DNA of 64,000 nt, from positions 32,056 to 96,055 of IMG/VR virus record IMGVR_UViG_3300037458_001730; one strand, written 5' to 3'. The position numbers and the translations under genes were made by a program. How positions within the stretch are numbered: position 1 is the stretch's first letter; each line of letters opens with the position of its first letter. Positions 10,861 through 20,518 of the stretch are shown one piece after another. The notes below the pieces were generated by a model. That model did no database searches. It worked only from the letters and a program-made list of their open reading frames with translations, and was not told the DNA's origin. The DNA is from a virus.

Positions 10861-11802
10861 TTATATGAATTCTATCTTGTTTTCATCAAAAAAGTTTGTA
10901 TGTTCTTTTTTTGGTCCAATATTTTTTAAAAAATCAAACAATTCTGAATCGCTAAAAAAATGTTCTGTGATAAAATTTTTATATTTTTTTCTGGCTTCGA
11001 CAAGGGTGGTTCCATTGTATCCAAACTCTGGGTTGTCTATCCAACCTCCACCACCTAAAAAAATATAATTAGCCTCTGTTAAGCAATTTACATTTGCGCC
11101 ACCAGAATCTGCTATTGATATCACGCAATTTGATGCTAGATAAAAAGAAAGCATTTTACTAAAACTAATAGCTGGATTAAATATTTCAAAATAAGATTCT
11201 TTTGGAAATATAAACCCTGGGGGGTTTATTGTTAGATTAACAACAAAGTAACCAGCTCTTATTAAACCGATAATTGTGTTGTGATAAAGGTTGTTTCTGT
11301 GTAGTATCTTATTTAAATTTCTGCCATTTATAGCAATAATTTTTTTGTTTTCTACATTAATTGAATTTAAAAACGATACACACTCTTCGTAGTCAGATTT
11401 TTTTGGATTAATAAAAACCAGATCGTTTTCTAATAATCTTTTAGTGCTGTGACTAAACATGTATTTATACACGTGATCACCACCTCTAAATTTAGCTACA
11501 TCTTCATCTCCCAAAAACTCTATTTCAACATCTTTTGACGCTCTTTTTTTACCTATTTTTTCCATGTTATAGAATATGTTTCTATCCAAGGAGATATCTT
11601 CTATTAAATTAGTACCTGATTTAGATGTATAATTTTGCACATATATTTTATCATAATCTGGAAGCATAATATCAAAGTTTTCAAATGTAGATGTGTATAA
11701 TTCAAAATCTTTGTTTTGTTTTTTAAAATTATATGCATCTAAACTTGAAGCGTATATGTAATTGAATTCATCTATGTTTGTTGTTATAAATCTTTTTTTC
11801 AT
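10861..11802 (-). CDS. Putative GT-B glycosyltransferase (GT9-like)
   Basis: IIAINGRN and CVISIADSGGAN resemble the GT9 DSG motif; lies in the glycan cluster. Confidence 0.4.
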   Translation of the reverse strand: MKKRFITTNIDEFNYIYASSLDAYNFKKQNKDFELYTSTFENFDIMLPDYDKIYVQNYTSKSGTNLIEDISLDRNIFYNMEKIGKKRASKDVEIEFLGDEDVAKFRGGDHVYKYMFSHSTKRLLENDLVFINPKKSDYEECVSFLNSINVENKKIIAINGRNLNKILHRNNLYHNTIIGLIRAGYFVVNLTINPPGFIFPKESYFEIFNPAISFSKMLSFYLASNCVISIADSGGANVNCLTEANYIFLGGGGWIDNPEFGYNGTTLVEARKKYKNFITEHFFSDSELFDFLKNIGPKKEHTNFFDENKIEFI

Positions 11803-11821
11803 TTATTGTTTAATAAAATAG

Positions 11822-12763
11822 TTAATCTGTTAAAATATTTTTTTCAACTATGTTTTTATAAACTTTTTTTATACCATCATACAAATTTGTTGGTTTAAAG
11901 CTTGGTATAGTCGACTTTAATAATTCAATTGAAACGTCTTTTCTGTGTTGCCCATTTGGGTATGAACTATCAAAATGAACAGATAAGTGCTCAGCGTCGC
12001 AAGCTTTTAATGCTATGCTAGCCATTTCTTTTATAGTTAAATTTTCTTCTGTTGCAACATTCATGTTTGTATATATATCATTATCTATGCAATATTTTAT
12101 TATATGCGCTAAATCATCAGAGTGCATAAATTGTCTTAATGGTGTACCGTCCCCAAAAAGAACAATTCCCTTTTCATTGTTTTTTAGTGAATAGTGAATT
12201 TTTTTTATAAGAGCAGCTATAAAATGACTGTTATCTCCATATTTGTCAAATTCACCATATAAATTACATGGCGTTAAATATTGGTATTGAGTCCCATATT
12301 GTTTGTTATATGTGTCTGTTTGTACGGCCAGGCATCTTTTTGCATAACCATACGAAAAATTAGTTGGTGTTGGTGGTCCATTGTGCAATTGGCTTTCCTT
12401 CATGGGGTATAAATTTTCCACATCTGGATAAATACAAGTGCTTAACATGCTGATAAATCTTTTTACATTATTTTTATAAGCATAATCCATCAACAATGTA
12501 TTCATCAAAATATTATCTGTAAAATATTCTGCTGGTTTTTTGATGTTGTCTATTATGCCACCTACCTTAGCCGCCAAATGAATAATTGCATCTGGGTTAT
12601 GTTTTTCAAAAAGAAGTTTTACACTTGACTCTTTTGTTAAATCAAAATCTTTTGAAGATATGTATACAGCGTCTGGCATGATCTTTTTTAAAGACCTCCC
12701 CACCATACCTGAACCACCAGTGACTAATATTTTATTATATTTCATAATTAAATTTTTATCCAA
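11822..12763 (-). CDS. fcl: GDP-L-fucose/colitose synthase (epimerase-reductase)
   Basis: TGGSGMVG, HLAAKVGGI, STCIYP (catalytic Cys), YGYAK, PCNLYG, SHFIAAL (catalytic His), GDGTPLRQF. The true start may be an internal Met (MKYNKILV). Confidence 0.9.
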   Translation of the reverse strand: MDKNLIMKYNKILVTGGSGMVGRSLKKIMPDAVYISSKDFDLTKESSVKLLFEKHNPDAIIHLAAKVGGIIDNIKKPAEYFTDNILMNTLLMDYAYKNNVKRFISMLSTCIYPDVENLYPMKESQLHNGPPTPTNFSYGYAKRCLAVQTDTYNKQYGTQYQYLTPCNLYGEFDKYGDNSHFIAALIKKIHYSLKNNEKGIVLFGDGTPLRQFMHSDDLAHIIKYCIDNDIYTNMNVATEENLTIKEMASIALKACDAEHLSVHFDSSYPNGQHRKDVSIELLKSTIPSFKPTNLYDGIKKVYKNIVEKNILTD

Positions 12764-13539
12764 TTTTCACAATACAAATCATTTGTGTTATAATGATCAT
12801 AAGCAGAACCAAACCACTTTGCTGGAGCTACAACTTTCTTTTGGTCATTTTTATTAAGCCAAGCACCCCACCAACTAAATGTTGAGTTGCATATTATATT
12901 ATTTTTACATTTGCTCATCAAAAAAAGTTCTTCATAGTCTTTGTTTTCATCTATAAAAACAAACTTTTCTGGTAAATCTGGAAAGTTTTGTTTGCACCAA
13001 TATATATCATCTGAAAAAATCAAGAAAACAGAATCTTGATCCATGTGTTTAATTGCTTTCATGTAATAATTCATGCTTTGAATCGGGTGGTGGTCTTGAA
13101 ACTTTAAATAATCTCCTCTTCTGACATGAATAGAACAAGTGTTTTTATTTAACAAGTCAATATATTTTTTTGAAATACTTTCAGCTAATTCTTGTGGATA
13201 AGAAAAAATTTCCAAAACCTCTTTTCTGTGTTCTTTAAAATATTTTTCACTTTGAAAATATCCATTTAAACATATATTAGATTCAACATTTGGTATTTCG
13301 GTGTAATTAAACCCAGATTCATTAAACAAAATTTGACTTTCCATATTGTTTCTAGAAACGAAATTTATTTTAGAAAAAACGCTTCCCTTGTAATCACTAG
13401 CGTGTTTGTGGACAACAACAGAATCATCATATGAATATATTGCTTCTTTACCATATTTTAAAGAATAAGATAATGTACAAGCTATTTGAAACATCATGTT
13501 ACCTAAACCGCCTATTAACCTAGTTGTTACTTTTTTCAT
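12748..13539 (-). CDS. GT11 alpha-1,2-fucosyl/colitosyltransferase
   Basis: GGLGNMMFQ, GYFQSEKYF, SIHVRRGDY, IFSDD, NSTFSWWGAWL. Confidence 0.93.
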   Translation of the reverse strand: MKKVTTRLIGGLGNMMFQIACTLSYSLKYGKEAIYSYDDSVVVHKHASDYKGSVFSKINFVSRNNMESQILFNESGFNYTEIPNVESNICLNGYFQSEKYFKEHRKEVLEIFSYPQELAESISKKYIDLLNKNTCSIHVRRGDYLKFQDHHPIQSMNYYMKAIKHMDQDSVFLIFSDDIYWCKQNFPDLPEKFVFIDENKDYEELFLMSKCKNNIICNSTFSWWGAWLNKNDQKKVVAPAKWFGSAYDHYNTNDLYCENWIKI

Positions 13540-13542
13540 TTT

Positions 13543-14424
13543 TTAATATTCATAACATTTTTTTATACCATCATACAACGATATAAATTTGTAATCGGGT
13601 ATCATTTTTTTAAATTTTTCAACATCAACATCTCTCTTTTTTTGCCCATTTGGCTTTGATGGGTCGTATTGTATTTTTAGATCGCTATTTGACATGCTTA
13701 TTATCATCTTAGCTACACTTTCTATAGTATAAGATGTTGAAGGTGCTACATTAAAAGATTCTGTTATATCTCTTTCCAAAACCTCTTTTATTATGTTGGC
13801 AAAATCTTCAGCATACATAAATTGTCTAATGGGTGTGCCATCCCCAAAAAGAACGATTTTTTTTTCTTTGTTTTTTATAGCTTTTTTAACTTTGTTTATT
13901 ATAACTGGTATTATTTTGTCCTCTTTGTCTGTTGGCCCATAAAGATTGCACGGAATTAAATAATTGTATTTTGTGCCATATTCTTTATTGTAATTTTGTA
14001 TTTGTGTCGCCATTACTCTTTTAACCATAGCATATGAAAAAATGCTTTCATGTGGAACGCCATCGTAAATAAGATCTTCTGTAAATGGTTTGTTTGCTTT
14101 GTTTTCGCTTGGATACATAGTATAACTTAAAACAGTGAGGAATCTTTTAACGCCATACATATGAGCATATTTTAATGTCAAAGTATTCATAAGTAAGTTA
14201 TCATCTAAGTGACTAACTGGATGATTAATATTATCTAATATACCCCCAACTTTTGCAGCTAGATGAACTACTTTCTCTGGTTTGTGTTCAGAAAACATTT
14301 TTTCTACTTGATTTTGATTTGTTAGATCGAAATCGCTTGAACAAACGTAAGTTGCTTCTGGGATACACTTTTTTAACCAGGTACCTATTAATCCACCGCC
14401 TCCAGTTATTAATATTTTACTCAT
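13543..14424 (-). CDS. Second Fcl-like GDP-sugar reductase lacking the epimerase Cys/His pair
   Basis: TGGGGLIG, HLAAKVGGI, YAMVK, PCNLYG and GDGTPIRQF are retained, but SYTMYP replaces STCIYP and DKIIP replaces SHFIA. Confidence 0.8.
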   Translation of the reverse strand: MSKILITGGGGLIGTWLKKCIPEATYVCSSDFDLTNQNQVEKMFSEHKPEKVVHLAAKVGGILDNINHPVSHLDDNLLMNTLTLKYAHMYGVKRFLTVLSYTMYPSENKANKPFTEDLIYDGVPHESIFSYAMVKRVMATQIQNYNKEYGTKYNYLIPCNLYGPTDKEDKIIPVIINKVKKAIKNKEKKIVLFGDGTPIRQFMYAEDFANIIKEVLERDITESFNVAPSTSYTIESVAKMIISMSNSDLKIQYDPSKPNGQKKRDVDVEKFKKMIPDYKFISLYDGIKKCYEY

Positions 14425-14779
14425 TTTCTTTTTTTTCAGATTTTTGAAAACCGTTATAAAGTTTTGGGTTTTCTACATCTGGGTTAAACTTTCCATTGCA
14501 CATGTTTACAATAGTTTTGTCAATTGCCTTCACAAGCATTGGTCTTTTTTGTTTAAATGTTATATCAGCTTTTCTTTTTAAAGTCAGCATAGTTTCTGGA
14601 TTTTGCTCTAAACTCATAGCATCTTCTAAATACCACAATCTTATGTGTACTACTATTAATTTATCTATTAATTCAGAAAAAGAATCACTATGAATTTCAT
14701 CATATTCTGGAAATAAATTTTTATCTAATATTTCTTTTACCTTTTCTTTTATATAGTTGTCTAATTGCTCTCCTATCAT
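14417..14779 (-). CDS. DUF4254-like helical protein
   Basis: ELIDKLIVVHIRLWYLED...KR..LVKAID pattern. Confidence 0.6.
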   Translation of the reverse strand: MIGEQLDNYIKEKVKEILDKNLFPEYDEIHSDSFSELIDKLIVVHIRLWYLEDAMSLEQNPETMLTLKRKADITFKQKRPMLVKAIDKTIVNMCNGKFNPDVENPKLYNGFQKSEKKENE

Positions 14780-14786
14780 GTGTTTT

Positions 14787-15647
14787 TTATTTTTTTAATA
14801 AAGATAATAGTTCTTCTGGGGAAACTAAATTATTAATAAACTGTATTGGTATTTTTGTAAAATTTAAGCATGGATCAAAATATGAGGGATCGCTACCGTG
14901 TTTTTCTATTAGGTTATGATTGTCTATCATTGTCATTTTTGTTTTAAAACCAGAATTTCCAAAAAAATGAGCAAAGTGACAAGGACCAGATATTGTGCTA
15001 ACTATATCAACACAATTTGGGTGGTGTATATAGCTGCAATAATCCTTAAATTTGTCAACATAAATTATTTGATCATCTTTTAAGTGCGATACTCCTCTCC
15101 CAAAAACAAAAACTTTTTCATATTTTGATTTTGATAGCTTCAAAAAATCATTCCAATAGTTTATATCTAAATTTCTTCTTGTATCTGCGTTTTTTAATCT
15201 TGGTATACACATTAAAAAATCTGGCAAATCAGATTTTAAAATTTCGTCATTGTAGTTTATATTTAAAATCTCTTCTTTGTCTCTTTCGTAATTTTTATAA
15301 AATGGCTTATATGGCAAAGTTTTGCAAAGTTCGTCCAACTTCTCATCTGTTACTAAATCTAAACATTCTTCATAATTAACTGAAGGATTGTATGCTTGAA
15401 CATTTTTAAAAATGTTTTCGTATAAAAAAAATCTATCAGATAATGTTACAATTGTTGTGTCTTTATTAATCTTGCCCTCTTTTAAATAACATATTAATCC
15501 AAGTCTATTGATTATTAATTCAGTTGCAGACTCTGTTTGTTGTGTTGGTGTGCCAGCTTGAAAACTTCCGTTTCCAGAGTTTACATCTTCTGAACCTTTT
15601 GCTAATATTGCGTACTTAAACATTTTTTTTAAAAATTTTATTACCAA
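14787..15647 (-). CDS. Putative GT9-like glycosyltransferase
   Basis: RRNLDINYWNDFL and IVSTISGPCHFA resemble the GT9 KRWP..W and DSGPxHxA motifs. Confidence 0.4.
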   Translation of the reverse strand: MVIKFLKKMFKYAILAKGSEDVNSGNGSFQAGTPTQQTESATELIINRLGLICYLKEGKINKDTTIVTLSDRFFLYENIFKNVQAYNPSVNYEECLDLVTDEKLDELCKTLPYKPFYKNYERDKEEILNINYNDEILKSDLPDFLMCIPRLKNADTRRNLDINYWNDFLKLSKSKYEKVFVFGRGVSHLKDDQIIYVDKFKDYCSYIHHPNCVDIVSTISGPCHFAHFFGNSGFKTKMTMIDNHNLIEKHGSDPSYFDPCLNFTKIPIQFINNLVSPEELLSLLKK

Positions 15648-17205
15648 TTACTAAAATATCTAGCTCAGTATTGTCTAAAACAAAAAACGCATCTTCTATA
15701 GTTGTTAAAATAGGGAAGCCTCGAATATTGAAAGATGTGTTTAATATAACTGGTATTAGATCTTGGTTTTTCATTTCTGACAAAATGTTATAAAAAATTG
15801 GGTGTTGGTCTAAAGTTGTCGTTTGCAGTCTAGTCGTTTTATCAGTGTGAACAATAGATTTAAGCTTATCTTCAAACTCTTCTTTTACTTTTGGGGCATA
15901 GCTCATATATTTTGATTCACGGGCATTTTTAAAGTAAGTATTAGCATCTTCTATTCTACAAACTGGAGCAAAAGGTCTATACCATTCTCTAAACTTTACT
16001 TTTGCATTTAATATATCTTTCATTTCTGGAAAAGATGGGTAGCATATTATGCTTCTGTTACCAAGGGCTCTTGGGCCAACTTCAGAATTGCCATTTAAAA
16101 TGCCAATAATTTTACCTTCTTTTAAATAATTTACCAAAGAAACATATGAAAACTCTTCACTAAAGTGGTTTATTTCATATTTATTTAAATTTTGTTCATC
16201 TAAAATTTGGATTCCGCTGTATGCTATTTCTTGTGAACCAAAATTTGGAAACTTACTTAAAAAAATACCATATGATTGTCCACAATCATTTGGGTTTGGT
16301 GGCACAAATAATTTTAAGCCCATTTCGCATAAACGCTCATAAAGTTTTTGGTTATATAAAACATTAAGGGCGCAACCTCCAACTAAAACAATATCTGTGT
16401 TATATTTATCAATATATGGCATTATCAATTCATCCATTTTTGTTTCAAAAACGAACTGAGAAGTTGCAGCTAAATCATACGACAATTGACCGCTTGTTGT
16501 ATTAAAACCATATGGTATGTTTAACTCATGGCACAAATTTTTTAAAGAATTTGTGCTATAGTAATTTATAAAAGGTTGTACCCACTCTTGTCTTATCTTT
16601 CCATAAGCGCAAAGACCCATTATTTTACCTGCATACACCAAAGAATTTTCTACTGTTTCACCCTCTGCACCTGGTTTTATTTCTGATATTAAAAAACCAA
16701 TTGCTGAATATGGGTTCCCATAATCTAAATTTGGGCAATTAAGATCAACAATATTGTCGTTTTCGCCAAAATAGACCCTTGTAGATGACACTACATTGTC
16801 ATCCGTGCCACCACCATCAACAGAAAAAATTAGCGATTTTTTAAAGTTAGAATTATAAAAACCAGAACAAGCGTGTGCATAATGGTGGCCAACTTGTTCA
16901 AATCTTGCTTTTGGGAAAAAAGTTAAAATTAAATTTTTGTCAGACTCGCTTAAAGCTGAATATAAAACCAACTCTATTTCTGTATCAATTAAATTTTCTT
17001 TTATTAAATTTAAAAAATCTTCTCTTTCTTTTTGGTTAGATCCCATACCTGGTCTAGAATCAAAATCAGAAGAGAACATAGCATATCTTTTCTTTACAAA
17101 TCTCTCATATTCATAAACTCTTAAATTGTTGTATTTGTCAATAAAAGTAGCAGAAGCATCATGAGATCCATATAACGATATTGTTTTTGTTGGGGTTATT
17201 TTCAT
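15616..17205 (-). CDS. O-carbamoyltransferase (NodU/CmcH/TobZ family)
   Basis: SHDAS, EYERF, HHYAHA, SVDGGG, GKIMGLCAYG, GGCALNV, PNDCG, GPRALGNRSI, KFREWYRPFAP, LNTSFN. Confidence 0.93.
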   Translation of the reverse strand: MKITPTKTISLYGSHDASATFIDKYNNLRVYEYERFVKKRYAMFSSDFDSRPGMGSNQKEREDFLNLIKENLIDTEIELVLYSALSESDKNLILTFFPKARFEQVGHHYAHACSGFYNSNFKKSLIFSVDGGGTDDNVVSSTRVYFGENDNIVDLNCPNLDYGNPYSAIGFLISEIKPGAEGETVENSLVYAGKIMGLCAYGKIRQEWVQPFINYYSTNSLKNLCHELNIPYGFNTTSGQLSYDLAATSQFVFETKMDELIMPYIDKYNTDIVLVGGCALNVLYNQKLYERLCEMGLKLFVPPNPNDCGQSYGIFLSKFPNFGSQEIAYSGIQILDEQNLNKYEINHFSEEFSYVSLVNYLKEGKIIGILNGNSEVGPRALGNRSIICYPSFPEMKDILNAKVKFREWYRPFAPVCRIEDANTYFKNARESKYMSYAPKVKEEFEDKLKSIVHTDKTTRLQTTTLDQHPIFYNILSEMKNQDLIPVILNTSFNIRGFPILTTIEDAFFVLDNTELDILVIGNKIFKKNV

Positions 17206-18005
17206 GTAATAAATTCTTTGATTTTGTTTTCTAATCTATCGCTAATTGTAAAGAATTTTTTTGACAATTCAAAGTTCTCTTCTACATATTTTAATTTTTC
17301 AAAATATGTGTCTGGTTTTAAATCATTGCAAGCTTTAACTATATCCTCCAGGTTGTTTACCATTATAATCCCGTTCATATTAAACCAATCTCCTATGTTT
17401 GGGCACCCGTAATAAATTGGTATTGTTTTTGTTCTTAAGCAATCAATAAATTTTTCAGAAAACCAGTTTTTTCTTTTTGTATTTTCTATACAAATATGAA
17501 ATTGACTATTAAATAGAGGATTTTTCTCTTTTCCTAAAACTGGGTTGTTATTATAGTTTTCTATATCACTTAATACACCACTTAAGAAAAATCTTGTTTT
17601 TATGTTTTTTATTCTGTTTTCTTTAAACCAAAGCTTTTGTCTTAAATAGTGGCCCTCTGCATAAAGTTTACTACCAACTAAAGTAGAAACACTAAATTCT
17701 TTCTCTGGAAAATCGTATTCTTTTATCCATGTGCACCCTATTTCGAAAAGATGAGCTTTATCGCCACAGTTTTCAAGTAGAAAATCATTGTGAGTAAATA
17801 CATGATCAAAAAAATTGTTTTTTAAACCCTCAATTACATCTTTGTTTAAATTCAAAATTTCTTGAGGTTCAAAAAGTAAAATAAATCTTATCGTGTCCTT
17901 TGGAGTAACACTTTGCGGCAAACAGTCAACATATAATTCAATTTGTTTTTCGTGGTACAAATCAAATTTTAAATCCCAATAACAATATATTCTAATGTTT
18001 TTCAT
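17202..18005 (-). CDS. GT10-like alpha-1,3/4-fucosyltransferase
   Basis: ICIEN....WFSEKFIDCL...TIPIYYG matches the GT10 C-terminal motif. Confidence 0.8.
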   Translation of the reverse strand: MKNIRIYCYWDLKFDLYHEKQIELYVDCLPQSVTPKDTIRFILLFEPQEILNLNKDVIEGLKNNFFDHVFTHNDFLLENCGDKAHLFEIGCTWIKEYDFPEKEFSVSTLVGSKLYAEGHYLRQKLWFKENRIKNIKTRFFLSGVLSDIENYNNNPVLGKEKNPLFNSQFHICIENTKRKNWFSEKFIDCLRTKTIPIYYGCPNIGDWFNMNGIIMVNNLEDIVKACNDLKPDTYFEKLKYVEENFELSKKFFTISDRLENKIKEFIT

Positions 18006-18008
18006 TTT

Positions 18009-18890
18009 TTAAAACTCTTTTTTTATTTTTTCATAAATTTCATTGTCATATGGATAATCAATTTCTTCATTATAAAATAATTTAACATAAAGTGAATATC
18101 TTTTTTTTGCCCATTCAGCATAAGAATCTGGAACACTTCCGTTTCCGTTTAAATAAAAATTCATACCAGATCCAACACCAGCAAAGTGTATAAATTTTTT
18201 TCCAAAATCAAACATCATATTTAGTTCTGGATAAAAATTTGTCCAGACCCCATTTTCATCAGATGAACCATAATCTTCAGAAGTTAAATATTTTATTTTA
18301 CCTCCGTTATATAATATTGAAAAAGAAATTGGGTCAAAAAAATCTAAAATCGGATGTTTATGTGGGTTATGATAACCAACAACCATGTAATGAAGTGTGT
18401 TAAAATCTACTTTTGGCAATTTGTCCAACTTCATACCAAAAAAACAAGTTCCAACAACATCTGAAATACCTTTTAAATCATCTCTGTTGCATCTGTTTTT
18501 TTCATAAGACCTTCTTTGTCCAACTAAATCAAAGCCTTCGTTAAAGCCATTTTGAATATCTGAAACACATTCGCCTCTGAAAAACACATCACTATCAAAA
18601 TGTATTATTTTAGAATACTCACCATATTCTTTGTTTAGAACTTTTGCTACTATATAAGCTGTGCCAAGGTGGCCATTTTTATAATATTCCTTTAATTGTA
18701 CGTCCGATGAAAGCTCTATAAATTCTAAGTTTTCGTTAAACTGTTTTAATTCTTTAAAATCCTTAGCTGTTCCAAAAACATGAACTTTTAAATCTGGGTG
18801 AAATTTTAAAAAGCTCTCAAGTGCCTTTTTCAAAATTTTGCCACAATTGTAACATATAGTAAAAATAAATATATCCTGCTCTTTATTCAT
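18009..18890 (-). CDS. GT-A fold glycosyltransferase
   Basis: IHFDSDVF (DxD) and FIHFAG motifs; lies in the glycan cluster. Confidence 0.6.
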   Translation of the reverse strand: MNKEQDIFIFTICYNCGKILKKALESFLKFHPDLKVHVFGTAKDFKELKQFNENLEFIELSSDVQLKEYYKNGHLGTAYIVAKVLNKEYGEYSKIIHFDSDVFFRGECVSDIQNGFNEGFDLVGQRRSYEKNRCNRDDLKGISDVVGTCFFGMKLDKLPKVDFNTLHYMVVGYHNPHKHPILDFFDPISFSILYNGGKIKYLTSEDYGSSDENGVWTNFYPELNMMFDFGKKFIHFAGVGSGMNFYLNGNGSVPDSYAEWAKKRYSLYVKLFYNEEIDYPYDNEIYEKIKKEF

Positions 18891-19644
18891 AAAGTTTTTC
18901 TAATGTTTCATATGGTTTTCTTCCCCGAAGAAGCTGTTCTATCCTATTTATTTCTGATTGATTTTGTTTAGATTCATTCATAGGGTTTTCTCTGTTGTAT
19001 ACATATAATATATCTGGTATATATCTACTTTTGTTTACACCACACATTTCTAACATTGGAAATTGAAATGATAGATCTGGAGCGTAAGAAACAAAATCGT
19101 TTGTAGCTGGGTCTTTCATGTCTTCTACTTTTATTTTTAAAAACAATTCTCTTCTAAAAGTTCTTAAATGAGAAGCTAACCACTGATGTTTTCTAAATGT
19201 TTTATTTTGTCTGACATCTAAAGGATATTCGTGGTATATATGACTTACGCTAGCATATGGATATTCCTCATATGTGCCATAAGTCATCCAGCAGTCCGTT
19301 TTTTCATATTCAGAATTAACTCTGTGTAAAACATTTTCATGAGGAAACCAATCATCTCCATCCATTGTGATTATAATAGAATTTTCTTTAGACATTTCTG
19401 TTCCAATTCTTATATTTTCACCTTGATATTTTCTTTTTTCGTTTTGAATTACTCTGATATTATTATGTGTTTTCTCATATTCTTTAGCTTTTTCATAAGT
19501 GCCATCATCAGAACAGGCATCAATAAATATCACCTCAAAATCTGGGTAATCTTGAGATAAACTACTTGTTAAACACTTATCAACATATTTAACTGCATTT
19601 CTAGTGCTTATTACAATTGATATGTGGTTAATCTTTTTTGCCAT
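18883..19644 (-). CDS. GT2 glycosyltransferase
   Basis: CLTSSLSQDY, FIDACSDDGT, MDGDDWF, SHLRTF, LYVYNREN. Confidence 0.9.
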   Translation of the reverse strand: MAKKINHISIVISTRNAVKYVDKCLTSSLSQDYPDFEVIFIDACSDDGTYEKAKEYEKTHNNIRVIQNEKRKYQGENIRIGTEMSKENSIIITMDGDDWFPHENVLHRVNSEYEKTDCWMTYGTYEEYPYASVSHIYHEYPLDVRQNKTFRKHQWLASHLRTFRRELFLKIKVEDMKDPATNDFVSYAPDLSFQFPMLEMCGVNKSRYIPDILYVYNRENPMNESKQNQSEINRIEQLLRGRKPYETLEKLYE

Positions 19645-20518
19645 ATAAGTTTTCCTTCATAATATTATATGTCTTTGTAAAACCTTCTCTTAGTGAGTAT
19701 TTAGGTTTCCAATCAGTTAGTTTTTGTAAAAGTGAAATATCTGCAACAAATTCCATTACACCAGTTACTTTTTTGTTTAAAGAAGTAATTTTTTTACCAG
19801 AAATTTCTTCTATTATTTTACATATATCCTCTATTGAGGACATTGTGCCGCTTCCAAGATTAACATTTCCAGTATAATCTGTTTCTAAAAGTTTTACAAT
19901 TGCACTAGCTGCATCTGTGGTAAAAATAAAATCTCTTTTTGGTTCCATACTCCAAACCGTTGGGTTTGGTTTTGTTAGAACATCGTGTATAAGAGTTGGG
20001 ACCAAGTCTGGTCTAATCAAAGTTGTGTCTCCGTATATATTGCAAAGTCTAATATTAATAATTGGTATTTTTTCTTTGTAAAATTCAACAACTTGTTCTG
20101 CTAGATATTTGCTAAAAATATATTCATTCTGATATGGATATATTTCATCTTGCTCGTTAACTGGTCTTCCTTTCGGTTTGTCACCATACAATAAAATACT
20201 TGTGAAACAAACAAATTTGTTTATTTTTCTGTTTTGAAGATAGTGAAGTATTTTTTTTAATGGAATAACATTATATTCCATACCCATCATACAACTAGAG
20301 TTGATTTCGTGGTGGTTTGAATTGCCGATTAAAAAAACAACATTATCAAATTCTACATCGTCTAACAGATGTAAACTATCCATGTTTGGTATATCTATAT
20401 GCCTGTTTTTAATATCTGGACCAGGATGATTTCTTCCAGCAGAAATAATATCTGGATATTCTCTTAGAAAAATATGCCCTAAAAAACCACTTCCACCGAA
20501 CAATAATGTTTTTTTCAT
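19628..20518 (-). CDS. NAD-dependent epimerase/dehydratase (extended SDR)
   Basis: GGSGFLG, YIFSK (YxxxK), RLCNIYG, RDFIF. Confidence 0.88.
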   Translation of the reverse strand: MKKTLLFGGSGFLGHIFLREYPDIISAGRNHPGPDIKNRHIDIPNMDSLHLLDDVEFDNVVFLIGNSNHHEINSSCMMGMEYNVIPLKKILHYLQNRKINKFVCFTSILLYGDKPKGRPVNEQDEIYPYQNEYIFSKYLAEQVVEFYKEKIPIINIRLCNIYGDTTLIRPDLVPTLIHDVLTKPNPTVWSMEPKRDFIFTTDAASAIVKLLETDYTGNVNLGSGTMSSIEDICKIIEEISGKKITSLNKKVTGVMEFVADISLLQKLTDWKPKYSLREGFTKTYNIMKENLYGKKD

